A DNA stretch of 59,981 bases, the filler included, from Fonticula-like sp. SCN 57-25 (taxonomy: Eukaryota): the NCBI GenBank assembly GCA_001724245.1. It is 6 parts of 6 records of this genome, joined end to end, with 100 filler letters (N's around TTAATTAATTAA, not from the genome) between each part and the next. Parts side by side here need not be neighbours in the genome. Positions count along the whole stretch, not along the records: positions 11,784 to 20,482 come from MEDX01000294.1; positions 20,583 to 29,242 come from MEDX01000295.1; 4 more parts are not named here. The stretch is one strand, 5' to 3'. Below the pieces are notes generated by a model. That model had not been told where the DNA came from. It was given only the letters and a program-made list of their open reading frames with translations, and made no database searches. The number at the start of each line of letters is the position of its first letter. The stretch's first letter is position 1. Positions 13,700 to 25,728 of this stretch are shown here, one piece after another. The position numbers and the translations under genes were made by a program.

Positions 13700-15834
13700 A
13701 TGTCAACGCGGTACCCACCCGCGTCGTCCCCGGGCGCCTCTAGGATAGGGAGAGGCAGACCACGGGATGCGCGCGGCGCGTTGTCTGACGACGTGGTCAT
13801 AGTACAGGACGGGTCGCCGGCTGCTAGGTGCGCCACTAGTGCGCAACTCGATGACGGCAACTGACTGGTTTCAGGCCTCGCGCCGTTCACGACCTCAGTG
13901 AGACAGCAAAGGGTACTCCCACCGCGGCCGCTAATTTGGCCCGTTCGGGCGCTTCTTCCAGCCCCTTACCGTCCTCGCCGCTTCCAACGCGGGCGTACGC
14001 TGGGACGCCGTCAAGCGATAAACGGCACCGGGTGGACATGTCGACATTGCCCGGCACGATCTTGCTTGATACCCCACCGAAGCGACGGAGGATACGGGAT
14101 CCCGATTCCGACAACGACTATGGCGATTTTGTGCACACCCCTGTGGCCCCGGCGGCACCCTTGGTAGTGCACATAAGCGATGCCACCCGCGAAGCGGTCG
14201 AGACTGTTGCTGGCGTGACCGGGATCACCGACCGCGCCGCGCTGGCGAGGTATATAGAGAATCGCCCCTCCTGGTCGATTGACATGCTGGTGGACGAGTT
14301 GCTGGACGACCCCGCCGCACTTGACAAGGTTCCCTGTGACCAAGCGCCGCCGTCGTCGAGCGTCCCTGCTGTTTTAGATGTACCCGCGCTGAGCGACGAG
14401 GAGGCCGCGCTCCAGACCGTCCTGCAAATGTTTCCCGACATTGACGTGAGCTTTGCAGGCAACCACGTCCGCAATGTCCTGTCTGAAATTGGGAGCAGTG
14501 TTGTTGAGCACCTTAGCGTCGTTGTCGCCGCCAACGCCGTCGAGCGCATCATGTCGGGCCCCTCGTACCCCAAGGCGCCCAAGCAGACGCCCAAGCGCAT
14601 CACAAAGTCCGCCTCGATCCTCGCTGCCGAGCACATCAAGACGTCGTCCTTTGACCCACCCGTCGCCGATCCCGAGCACCTCTCGTCCGACTGGTGCCAC
14701 AAGGCCATCAGCATGCTGCTGGAGGCGTTCCCGTACGTGCCCAAGGACGCCGTCCAGCAGGCGAGCGCGCGCCACCGGCACCAGTACGCGCTCGCGTGGC
14801 ACGACCTGTCGGAAAAGGTCACGTCGGGCGGCGGCAGGATTCGCCTCAACGCCACGCGGCGAAAGAGCGCCCCGCTGGACGTAACGTCGCTGCCGCCCGG
14901 GCTGCAGGAGCAGCGGCGGTACGTCCTCGCCTACGTCGAGCTGCAGCGCGAGGAGCAGCGCAAGCGGGCGCGGTACCAGGAGATGGAGGCCGCGGGCGAG
15001 TTTATCGAGTGCGAGTGCTGCTTTGGGAGCGCGCCGATCGACGAGATGGTGCAGTGCGGCGAAGGGCACCTCTTTTGCTCGCCGTGCCTCGTGCGCCAGG
15101 CCGAAATGGCGGCCTACGACGCTGCCAAGACGGACCTGCGGTGCATGTCGATGGGCGGCGAGTGCTCGGCGCCGTTCCCGTGGAGCCAGGTGGAGCGCGC
15201 CATCCCCGAAAAGCTGCGCGAAAAGCTCAGCGAGCGGCAGTCGTCCGACGTGCTGCGGCAGGCCAACGTCGAGGGGCTTGTGCAGTGCCCATTTTGCAAC
15301 TTTGGCGCCATCGTTGAGAACGAGCACGACCGCGAGTTCCGCTGCTACAACGAGGCGTGCGGCAAGGTGTCGTGCAGGCTCTGCAAGGAAGAGTCGCACA
15401 TCCCGCTGCGCTGCAACGAGGTCGAGAAGAACGCCGAGACAAAGGAGCGGCTCGCCATCGAGGAGCGCATGACAATCGCCCGCGTGCGGCACTGCCACAG
15501 CTGCAAGGCGCCCTTTTACAAGACCGAGGGGTGCAACCTGATGACGTGCAGGTGCGGCGGCAAGTCGTGCTACATCTGCCGCGCGGCCGTCACCACCAAG
15601 GAGGGGTACGACCACTTTTGCCGGCACGTCCACCAGCCGGGCAAGGGGTGCCCCGAAAAGTGCGGCAAGTGCTTCCTGTTCACCGACTCGGTCGAGGACG
15701 ACAAGCGGCTCGTCGAGGAGGAGCGCGCAAAGCTCGCAAAGGAGCTGCTCGCAAAGGCGTCGCGCGGCGAGACGGCGCTCGACGAGGCCGCCGCAAAGGC
15801 AATTCTCGGTAGGACATCGGCCGCTGCCGTTTAG
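13700..15834 (+). CDS. RBR (RING-IBR-RING) E3 ubiquitin ligase, RNF216/TRIAD3-like
   Basis: ECECCF...QCGEGHLFC (RING1), CPFCNF...CRLCKEESHIPLRC (IBR) and KTEGCNLMTCRCG..CYICR (RING2), with CUE-like segments upstream. Predicted exon 1 is 13700-13827, with in-frame intron 13828-13874. Confidence 0.88.
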
Positions 15835-15959
15835 ACGGAAACTCTTTTTTGGGAATTTGGGAACAAGAGACATTCGTGGGTTTGCTGTACATTCTTTCTG
15901 TATATTACCCTTTATTCACGGGATATTGCATGATAATACTACACTTTTTTGGGTTCACT

Positions 15960-17143
15960 CTAGTCCGAGTGGAAGCGCGCGGGCTCGGTATACGGCGCCG
16001 TTACAAAGTACACAATGGTGGGGACGATGGGGGAGAACGCGGCGGTGAGGCCGACCGCCGTGGCGGGCGCGTCGGTCACCTGCAGCATGATGGATGCAAT
16101 GCTGAACCCCATCATGAGGTAGCGACCGATAAAGAGCGCGAGGCTCCGGCGCTGCACAAAGGCCTAATTGTCTTTGTCAGCACAACGTAAAAATATATAT
16201 GAAAAACGTACCTTGCCTTGCAACCTGGCGAGCGCGTACGCGTTGAACAGCAGCGACACGAACAGGATGACGTACGGGAACGCATAGTCTACGCGGCAAT
16301 TTAGCATACGATTTTAAGCGGCAAGGTGGCGCACAAATAACGCCCCCAAAGATGGCGTTGATAATACAGTATGTAGGGGTAAAGTAGAGCGTGCCATAGA
16401 GGGCCATGTTTCCCTCGCCGTCGGCTAGCTGGCGCGCCACGACGGGCCGAACGATAATGGCCATCATGGCCGAAAACATGAGGAACATGAACACGACCGT
16501 CCACCGCGGGTACACAACTTCAGAATTGCAAAAGATGGGCGCGTCGTACGACGGCGGGTTCCAAACAAGCGAGTACCAGTCGTTGATGCTGCTTGTGGGG
16601 CACGCGTACAGCGCAAGGCTACCAAGCGGCTCGCAGGCCAAGAGCGAGCAGATCGACGCAACAAACGCTTCAAACACGGCAGAGAGGTACAGCCACATGC
16701 TGCAGCAGCACAAAGGTGAGAAAAATATACAATGCCATAAAGTGTCGCGGGCGAGCGCACCTCTGGCGCTCCCTGAGCCCGCGCGACATGATCGCGAGGC
16801 AGTTTGACCACAGGACGAACAGCACCCACGACACAAGGTACATGACGTCGTACGGCCTCAGCGGCGACGTGCAGGGGACGCACACCCAGCCATCCGTCTG
16901 ACTTCCCATTGGACATCCCTATGGCACTTGTTAACGACCCATTATCCACCAAGGAAGCAGCCGTACACCGCAGTCGTCCGACAGCGAGGGCCGCCCGCAG
17001 TACCGCCCACGGCATCGAGGCACTGTCTCTTGAAAGGCAGTGCGGCACGCGTCGGTATCATAGCACTGGTCGCTCTGCGCCACCACCACAGGCAGCGCCA
17101 AGCAGACCAGCACTATAAGCACCGCCCACCGCCAGGCAGGCAT
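15960..17143 (-). CDS. JKAMP: JNK1/MAPK8-associated membrane protein (JAMP)-like, multi-exon
   Basis: Signal peptide, then CRGRYCGR..DCG..C.PCTSPLRPYDVMYL and DWYSLVWNP...CNSEVVYPRWTVVF, which match JKAMP blocks. Several TM helices follow. Confidence 0.8.
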
Positions 17144-17279
17144 CGCATCACGTAGGCCCTGCAATCAGTTGGCTTGGGCTTGTTTGTGCACGTCAGCCTC
17201 AACTACGTGGCCGTAAAACGAATCAGTGAATCAGATCTGATTTGGTTCAGGGTGCGTCGTCCGCCACACACCCGTCAAC

Positions 17280-17528
17280 ATGCTGCGCGGCGCGCCACCG
17301 CAGATTGCGCAAGTTCCTGCTACAGAGACGGCGTCTAGCACGCAGCCATCGCTGCCACGCGTGCCTCTGAACGATTCTTATCAGCGGCGAGCGGACAGGG
17401 AGCAGGCGCTTGAGACGGCGACGCGGAGATCTGTTGCGCTGCTCTACGCGGCGGACGCCGACGAGAGCGTTGTTGATACGCAGATGCGCGCGCTGAAGCA
17501 GTTGGCCGTTCCGCAGCCCGAGCGCTAA
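17280..17528 (+). CDS. Hypothetical 82-aa protein, divergent from JKAMP
   Basis: ATG-initiated ORF with host-like GC-rich codons, followed by AT-rich 3' sequence. No recognisable motif. Confidence 0.4.
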   Translation: MLRGAPPQIAQVPATETASSTQPSLPRVPLNDSYQRRADREQALETATRRSVALLYAADADESVVDTQMRALKQLAVPQPER

Positions 17529-17940
17529 GAAATGCGAAACGTATATGGTTTCACTGGTATCCTTTTGTGTATGAATATTGTGTCCAATTGTTGTATGCTA
17601 TATTGTCATCGTCTTTTCTCATTGTATTGCTGGGGTTTGACGGACTTTTCCGCTAGCTCATTTGCGTTCTTTTCAGCCTTGCCTAGTGTTCGTGGCAAAT
17701 GTAGCGCTACTCATTTGCTTGTTAATATAAGCCCCCCATCTGTACTCTCCAGAGTAGGTTGACTTTGGCCAGCCCTCGTGTACCATTTTTTTTGTCACCT
17801 ACTACCAAAAGTTCAATGCCAAGTATACCTCAATATAAGCAGGAAAAAAGGCGAAAAGCGTGCTCAAATAGCCAGCGCAAGCCATAGCCGCAGTGGCCTG
17901 CACCAATATAGCCAATTCAAAAAGTACATTCGCTTCTTGA

Positions 17941-19389
<1,449 letters not shown>

Positions 19390-19488
19390 GTCGAGCTTAA
19401 CGCTCATAGGCTACATTATGTGTATTCCGAAACAAAGGAAATAACAACTAAATAGAGATGGCAATGAAAACAAAAGAGTACAAACGCC

Positions 19489-20361
19489 TCACGGCGCAAT
19501 GGTAGGGAACACGTCCTCGAGCTCGCCAAAGCCGCCCTGGCCGGCGCCGGCAAAGACCGAGCTCGCCATGTTGATGAACGTCTGGAAGGCAAACGGCCAC
19601 CACGAACGAATATTGAGCATCGAGAAGCCTGGGTAACACAGGATGCGTTAGGAATGGCGACAAGATGCGATGCAAGCGTACTGGACGACATGAGCTGGCG
19701 ATTCGACGCGTCCGTGCCAAACCACGTAATGTACACCTTGATGTTGCAGGCGACCCCGCAGGCGGCCGCGCCACCGTTGGGCTCCTCGATGCCGCAGGCG
19801 TTGTCGATGCACACGTCGTTCGAGCAGTCGGTGCCGCAGTTGGGCTCCTCGTCCCACACGAGCGACGTCACGACGCCCTTATCCATGTTGATGATGATGC
19901 TCCGGAAACCGACAAAGTAGATGGAGCGGCGCATAGAGCGCACCTCGGACGTGATCGTCCCCGCCGACGTCGTGATCGACATGCTAATGTTTGGCGAGTT
20001 GGTCAGGGTAAAGTTGCCGGCTGCACAGGGAACGCGTGAGTACAGCAAGCAGCGAAAGCGGTCAAAAATGCGCACAGTCGGGGATCTCGAGGATGCTAAA
20101 CTTGTCGACCATGGGGAACGTCGTCGTGTACGTCAGGCCCGCGTTCGAGCTAATGTTCATGTACATGATCATGGAATCGCCGCGGTTGAATGACGACTTT
20201 AAGAGCGCGCGCTCAGAAATATCCGCACAGGTCCCCGAAAAGCCGCAGAACCCCTCATTCTTTGTCCCAGTCACATTTCCATTAGGGAGCGCCACCTGGG
20301 CGCTCACCACAGAGGCAAGGGCCAGCACGGCCGCCAGAGCCACCCAAGGAGACCGTAGCAT
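19489..20361 (-). CDS. Secreted Cys-containing protein of unknown function, two introns
   Basis: Signal peptide MLRSPWVALAAVLALASVVSA, N-glycosylation sequons, Cys cluster C..C....C....C, and CNIKVYITWFGTD. Confidence 0.7.
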
Positions 20362-20482
20362 CCTTGATCAGCAGGGCCGACGACACGGGGCAACAGCATA
20401 ATCAAGCGCCCACGTGGATGAGGGATATTTGGCTGATTTGGCGCCACTTTACCCACATATGTGAGCGCGTTGCCTTGAAGAG

Positions 20483-20582
20483 NNNNNNNNNNNNNNNNNN
20501 NNNNNNNNNNNNNNNNNNNNNNNNNNTTAATTAATTAANNNNNNNNNNNNNNNNNNNNNNNNNNNNNNNNNNNNNNNNNNNN
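20483..20582. other. Artificial contig linker
   Basis: Same 100-nt N/TTAATTAATTAA/N spacer. Confidence 0.98.
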
Positions 20583-20600
20583 TATTGAAAAAAAAAATTA

Positions 20601-23582
20601 TTAGTATATGTAGATCTGGCCGGTCGCCGGTGATGCAGTCTGCGATGAGATGGCAGCACTGGTGTCTATTAGTGCACCGACGGGTGATGCGACGGTGGAC
20701 GTCGAAACGGCTGCTCCGATGGATACAATGACTCCACCCGATGCGGTATTGGCGTAAACGTACGGTCCGGCTGAGCTTCCTCCGTACACTTTAATCTGAG
20801 AAGCTCCAACAGCAGAATAAGTAAATGCACCACCGACAGAGTAGTCTACGGTCGTAGTGGCAGCATAGTTGACGATTGCCGAAGCTCCGTTGGTAGCGTT
20901 GAGGATCTTGGAGTATTTTGTGAAGGTGGATCCGGGTTGAGAGTTTTCTGTCTCGAGGGTGGCAGCGTTGAGATCGATCACCGTCGCGGCAGCTCTACCG
21001 TTAAAGTTGCATCCACTGGCCAGGTAGAGGTGCGAGCTGAGAATATCGAAGACGACGACATCGGCTCCAGTTTCAATCTTCTTGTCGCTTCCAAAATAAG
21101 TGACGCGCGATCCTTGTCTCGCTTTCACGAGTCTTGAAGAAGGGTGCATAAAATAGTAATCGTCGCTGAGACTGGAAACGCCAAATTGAACGTTGGATTG
21201 AACCGCGTTGATGAATACCATGGAAGTGGTGGAAGGTCTTATGTAGGCAAAGAAAATTCCCAATCTGACTCTCTCGCAGGCCGACAGTTGCAAAGCAACG
21301 TCCGTTTTTCCGTAGACGATCATCTTGTTGTTGACCAATACGTCGCTGCTCACCATATTGATTGCAGTGGTGGCGTTGTAAACTGAAGCGTAAATGGGAC
21401 CATCTGCCACAACTTTGGTGTTTTGCAAGGAGAGTGCAGTTTCCCTGTCGGTGAAAATGAAAAGACCGATATTGTTGGGCACGTGGAGGTTGACCAATTC
21501 GTTGCCCAGGGTCATCACGGGTTGCAAAAGTTCCGCAGGTTCCGCAGATTGTGCCAAAGGACTCGTGATGACACTGTTTCCCAAGGCGATGATCGATTCC
21601 GTCGAGGCCTTGAATGGGGTTTCAATCTCCACCATGCTGATACCAAAGTGGTTGTCGATAAAGTCGGTGTATTTGGACGCGCCGGCTTCTACGATGGCAT
21701 TTCTCTCCAAGTTGATACCAATGGGATAGGGTTTGGGGGTGTTTACGGTGGTGGAATCGAACGTCATGAACGCGCATTGGCGCAACACGACCTTTGAACC
21801 GGACTCCACTTTGATTCCACCGTTCTCGAATCCAGCAGCGAGCGTGTTCGTGTTGAACCATATGCCCTCCACGGTCACCTTGTCGGTGGCGACCGTCATG
21901 CCGTAACCGATGGGTGCTTTGATGGACACTCTCGGAAGGATGGTAAAACTGGTGTTGGCTACTCCCCAGTCCAGAGTGACGGCCCAATCGTATACGATTT
22001 GATCGGCGTGTTCTTCGGTTATATTGGCAATGCAAGATTTGGATCCAGTGTTGGGATTGGTACCGCGAACGTAAATCTTGTCTCCGACCTTGAGACCTGC
22101 AGCCGTGAGATTTACTTGACCTCCGAGGCCAGTGTTTTGCACGATGAACGACTGTCCTTGTACCAAGGTGCCCAATTCGGCGTCGTAGGTTGAACTCGTC
22201 AAGAACAAACTCCAGCTGGCCATCGAACTAATACCACCACCGAGACCGGGCGCAGCGGGGAAGGGCATACGATCGATCATGGTGTAAGCGGAGATGGGTC
22301 TGACGTCTCCGACTATTCTCAGTCGAAGATCCGAACCGGCGACGGAGCTGGGGACAATGAGGGCTTCGGAGTATTCGCCTTCTTTGACGGAAATGGTCGT
22401 AGTGTACGTCGATTCGATATCTTGGGGTGCTCTCTTGTTCATCAGCGAATTGATAGCCGCTTGAATCGTAGTGTACAGGGTGCAGTTGTTATTGGTGGCG
22501 TCGGGTGTCGCGGCAGGGTCTACGGTGATCAACGTAGGTGCGATGGGGCTGCAAGGTGTGAATTCTGTTCCGTTGAACACGATCGTTTGTTGAATCACGG
22601 TCTGTTGAATAGTGTTGTAATTGTTGGTGGTATTGTCCACGTAAAAGGTCGAGTTTTCTGAGATGGTGACCTCGGATAAGTTGCCGTAAAACGTTTGATT
22701 GTAGTACTCTATCGTCTGGTTCAAGTATTGGGTGACTTCGGTGAGATAAGTGTCGTTTTGCAAGTTGAGTGTGATGTTTCCTGCGGGTAACTGGCCATCG
22801 GGGAACAAGTCGGTGTAGTTGCCGTAGAAGGTCATGTCGTAGCTATTAAAGTTTTGAACGACAGTGTCGCTGGTGACTACGGTAATGTTGTTGGGAATTG
22901 CACCGCTGGGGAAAATGTTGGACATGTTTCCGTACGCCGTCACGTTGTAATAAAAGGTGGTTTCGTTGACTTGGGTGATGAACGTGTCGTTGTGCAAGAT
23001 GAACGTCGTGTTTCCTGACGGTAGCTGCCCGTCGGGGTATAGGTCCGTCAGATTGCCTATAAAGGTCTGGTTGTAATAATACGAAGCGAGCGTCTGGTTC
23101 AACCATTGGGTGATGAATTCGTTCGTCGTGTAGTTTTTGAGCACCAACGAAACACCGGCGGGGATGCTTCCGTTGGGGAATATCTCGGTAAGGTTTCCGG
23201 TGATCGTCTGATTGAGATATTGCGAGGTCTGGTTGAAAACGGTTTGGTTCACGTGCGTAATGTTGTTGATGGTCGTGTAGTTTGTCAAGAATAGATCAAT
23301 CTCGCTGCAACCGGGTTGCTCTCCGGTCAGCGTGCAGTTGTAACCGTCGGGACATAGCATGGTCAGGTTGAAGCTCGTGGACGTACAATTGTTGACACCA
23401 TCACCAATGTCTCCGTTGGCAATCATACCGAGCGACGCAGCACTCAGGGCCAATGAAGTGATCAATATAATCGCTCCAAATGTCCATGCCAAGATGGTAC
23501 CCGCGCCAGTGTCTTGGCTGCGAGGATATGCATCAAAAATCAACCCTTCTCTACTGGGGCTTCTTACGCCTCTAGAGCTCAT
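20601..23582 (-). CDS. 993-aa type II membrane glycoprotein: N-terminal TM anchor, sequon-rich repeat stalk, C-terminal parallel beta-helix (spike/adhesin-like)
   Basis: TM segment ILAWTFGAIILITSLALSAASLGMI. Repeats of NQTFxGNLxDLFPxGxLPxGN. YTTIQAAIN...TISVKEGEYSEALIV matches the pectin-lyase-fold N-cap motif. Confidence 0.75.
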   Translation of the reverse strand: MSSRGVRSPSREGLIFDAYPRSQDTGAGTILAWTFGAIILITSLALSAASLGMIANGDIGDGVNNCTSTSFNLTMLCPDGYNCTLTGEQPGCSEIDLFLTNYTTINNITHVNQTVFNQTSQYLNQTITGNLTEIFPNGSIPAGVSLVLKNYTTNEFITQWLNQTLASYYYNQTFIGNLTDLYPDGQLPSGNTTFILHNDTFITQVNETTFYYNVTAYGNMSNIFPSGAIPNNITVVTSDTVVQNFNSYDMTFYGNYTDLFPDGQLPAGNITLNLQNDTYLTEVTQYLNQTIEYYNQTFYGNLSEVTISENSTFYVDNTTNNYNTIQQTVIQQTIVFNGTEFTPCSPIAPTLITVDPAATPDATNNNCTLYTTIQAAINSLMNKRAPQDIESTYTTTISVKEGEYSEALIVPSSVAGSDLRLRIVGDVRPISAYTMIDRMPFPAAPGLGGGISSMASWSLFLTSSTYDAELGTLVQGQSFIVQNTGLGGQVNLTAAGLKVGDKIYVRGTNPNTGSKSCIANITEEHADQIVYDWAVTLDWGVANTSFTILPRVSIKAPIGYGMTVATDKVTVEGIWFNTNTLAAGFENGGIKVESGSKVVLRQCAFMTFDSTTVNTPKPYPIGINLERNAIVEAGASKYTDFIDNHFGISMVEIETPFKASTESIIALGNSVITSPLAQSAEPAELLQPVMTLGNELVNLHVPNNIGLFIFTDRETALSLQNTKVVADGPIYASVYNATTAINMVSSDVLVNNKMIVYGKTDVALQLSACERVRLGIFFAYIRPSTTSMVFINAVQSNVQFGVSSLSDDYYFMHPSSRLVKARQGSRVTYFGSDKKIETGADVVVFDILSSHLYLASGCNFNGRAAATVIDLNAATLETENSQPGSTFTKYSKILNATNGASAIVNYAATTTVDYSVGGAFTYSAVGASQIKVYGGSSAGPYVYANTASGGVIVSIGAAVSTSTVASPVGALIDTSAAISSQTASPATGQIYIY
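22670..23225 (-). repeat. About five imperfect ~40-45-aa coding repeats in the glycoprotein stalk
   Basis: NQTITGNLTEIFPNGSIPAG / NQTFIGNLTDLYPDGQLPSG / NVTAYGNMSNIFPSGAIPNN / DMTFYGNYTDLFPDGQLPAG / NQTFYGNLSE. Confidence 0.85.
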
Positions 23583-23801
23583 GATTTTGAGTTGATTCGT
23601 GGGGTGTTTGTTGTTCTACTTTTTAAACAAAGAGCCTTTGCATTAATTTTGTCGAATAAAAAAACTAAAACAAAACGTGACGTTTCCGGAATACCATAAT
23701 TTGTCGAAAACCCGTAAAAAAAAAGTCGCCGGACGGCGTGAACGTCATTCAAATTTTGATTCAAAACCGAACACCAGCACTAGCACGCAACAACACACCC
23801 C

Positions 23802-24632
23802 ATGGAAGCTTCCATCATTACCACCATCCAGACCCAAACGAGTGACGAGAAAAACTTTTGCTACGAAGCCATGAAAATATGGGTTGGTTTCTTCGCAGAG
23901 TCGTGGTTGGACACGACCTCTTTGGCCGCACTAAAGTCTACTTGCAAGGACATGCATAAAATGGTGGAATACCCTTTCGACGTGGAAGAGTTCAATATCA
24001 TCCGAGACTACTTGGCCTGTTCGCACCACCGATTCAGGGGTGACAAGAGAATATGCAACGGATGCTTGCCCATCATTACAAAGGTCATCACCAAGTATGG
24101 GCCTCAAGTTACCACCACCATGGCAGGAGGATGGAAGTTTAACACGCAACGATTGGAAACCAAAATTCAATCCGAGTGGGTGGAAAAGGACATTCCCAAG
24201 CTATTGCACTACGAAAGTTGCCAGAAGGCCCTAGAAGTCTTCGAGAGGACCAACTGGCGCGCCTACGTCGAAGGTAACATTACGCGCCGAGAGGAAAAGA
24301 AAAATTACCGAACGTGCGATTACTTAGGGCTCACCGTCTACGAGAAGACCCTGAAATGTAAGAGATCGGAACATAGAATTTACAAGGCGATCCAATCGCA
24401 ATTCATTCACTTGTTGAAGAAAATTGTCAAGTCTTGGAAGGTGGCAGAGTTTGACAAATGGCGATTTGTCATCCCTTACGATATCAAGTTGATTTATGAC
24501 CATGCCGTAAAGTACCACGCCGACGGCAAGCTCGAGCTCAAAACTACAAAGACGAGACACACGATCAAAGCCATATTCGAAATTAGAAAGTCCCTGTTGA
24601 ACAAATCAAAGTTCTCGGTGAAAAAGTTGTAA
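23802..24632 (+). CDS. 276-aa protein with an N-terminal F-box-like segment
   Basis: Intronless ORF. WLDTTSLAALKSTCKDMHKMV resembles the F-box core L..l..l..vCk.w..lv. Confidence 0.55.
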   Translation: MEASIITTIQTQTSDEKNFCYEAMKIWVGFFAESWLDTTSLAALKSTCKDMHKMVEYPFDVEEFNIIRDYLACSHHRFRGDKRICNGCLPIITKVITKYGPQVTTTMAGGWKFNTQRLETKIQSEWVEKDIPKLLHYESCQKALEVFERTNWRAYVEGNITRREEKKNYRTCDYLGLTVYEKTLKCKRSEHRIYKAIQSQFIHLLKKIVKSWKVAEFDKWRFVIPYDIKLIYDHAVKYHADGKLELKTTKTRHTIKAIFEIRKSLLNKSKFSVKKL

Positions 24633-24684
24633 AATAATGTTTAGAATTAAAAGGGCTCTTGGGTTTATTTATTGTACAAAAAGA

Positions 24685-25485
24685 TTAGTGTTTCTTGGTG
24701 TTCTTGCGCTTGGGTTTGGGTCGCACGTCCTCTTCACTGGATTCCTCTTCGGCACTTTCTTTTTCATCGTCATCTTCATCGTCGTCGCCTTCGCTTTCTT
24801 GAGCATCTTTGGAACTTTCGTCCTCTTCCATGCTCTCGCCTTCGTTCGAAGATTCTTTGCCTTCTTCGTCTTCATCCGAATCCGAATCTCTATCCGGTGC
24901 AGCGAAGCGCTCCTTCAATCGGTTGACGTCGATAGCCTTTGGCTTTGTAGTTTTGATCTTCGGGGGTGCCTCTACCATGACGGCGTCGACGGTGGGTTTT
25001 TCTTGTTGCGAATTGAGCTCTTCGGCTATAAGGGCGTTCAAAAATCGGTACAGGTTGAATTTGCCAACTCCCTCGGGGTGTGCCTTGTCCATCATTTCGA
25101 TTATTTTCTTCATGGGTCTCTTGAACAAGTTTTGGAGCTCGTTGGGCGCGTAAAGGTAAGAATATTGTCTGCCGGGGCTGTCGTCGCAGATCAAGGAGAT
25201 GGTATTGACGCCAAACCTTTGCTTCAAAACTTCGGCCGAAGTGCCTATGCTTGCGATTCTCTTGCAGCGTCTGGCAGTCTCCGTCTTCTTGCTGTATCCA
25301 CCTTCGTATCTCGCGCCTTGGTACTTGAAGGGTCTGAATTTGATGCTCTCGCTAGTCCAATCCAAACTCTTTTTGGAGACGCCGCACAGGGAACTGTTGG
25401 ACTTTATTTGGCTATCGGAACCAGATTCGCTCGATTCGCTGCTTTCTGCGTAGCGTTTGGCGGAGCCTCTACCCTTATTCGACAT
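24685..25485 (-). CDS. 266-aa unknown protein with long acidic tail and terminal basic NLS-like segment
   Basis: ATG at 25485 (MSNKGRGS). D/E/S-rich C-terminus ends RPKPKRKNTKKH. AATAAA follows the stop on the minus strand. Confidence 0.7.
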   Translation of the reverse strand: MSNKGRGSAKRYAESSESSESGSDSQIKSNSSLCGVSKKSLDWTSESIKFRPFKYQGARYEGGYSKKTETARRCKRIASIGTSAEVLKQRFGVNTISLICDDSPGRQYSYLYAPNELQNLFKRPMKKIIEMMDKAHPEGVGKFNLYRFLNALIAEELNSQQEKPTVDAVMVEAPPKIKTTKPKAIDVNRLKERFAAPDRDSDSDEDEEGKESSNEGESMEEDESSKDAQESEGDDDEDDDEKESAEEESSEEDVRPKPKRKNTKKH

Positions 25486-25728
25486 TTTTGCTTTCGGTTT
25501 TGACTTGGAAGTGTTGTGGTGTTTTGTTCGATCAGAATGTTGGAAAAGGTCATATTCTGGAATCTGACTTTTAGCCGCAAAATAAACACCCCCACGTGGG
25601 ACATTTCCAGAAAATAGTTTTTGTGCTTTTTCAGATTTTCGTGCATTGTTTTTTTTTGTGACGTTCAAAAGGAATAAAATTTGACCGTAGATTTATTTTT
25701 TTCCTGTTCATTCGTTCAATCCACAACA

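Noticed and set aside
12676-15834. E2 and RBR E3 head-to-head as a functional pair
   Set aside because: Divergent pairs are common in this genome, and UBE2H is known to partner the GID/CTLH ligase, so this is likely coincidence.
24637-25503. 288-aa hydrophobic ORF resembling a membrane protein
   Set aside because: It is the antisense of the GAA/GAC-rich acidic tail on the minus strand. The same applies to the 502-aa ORF at 26534-28042.
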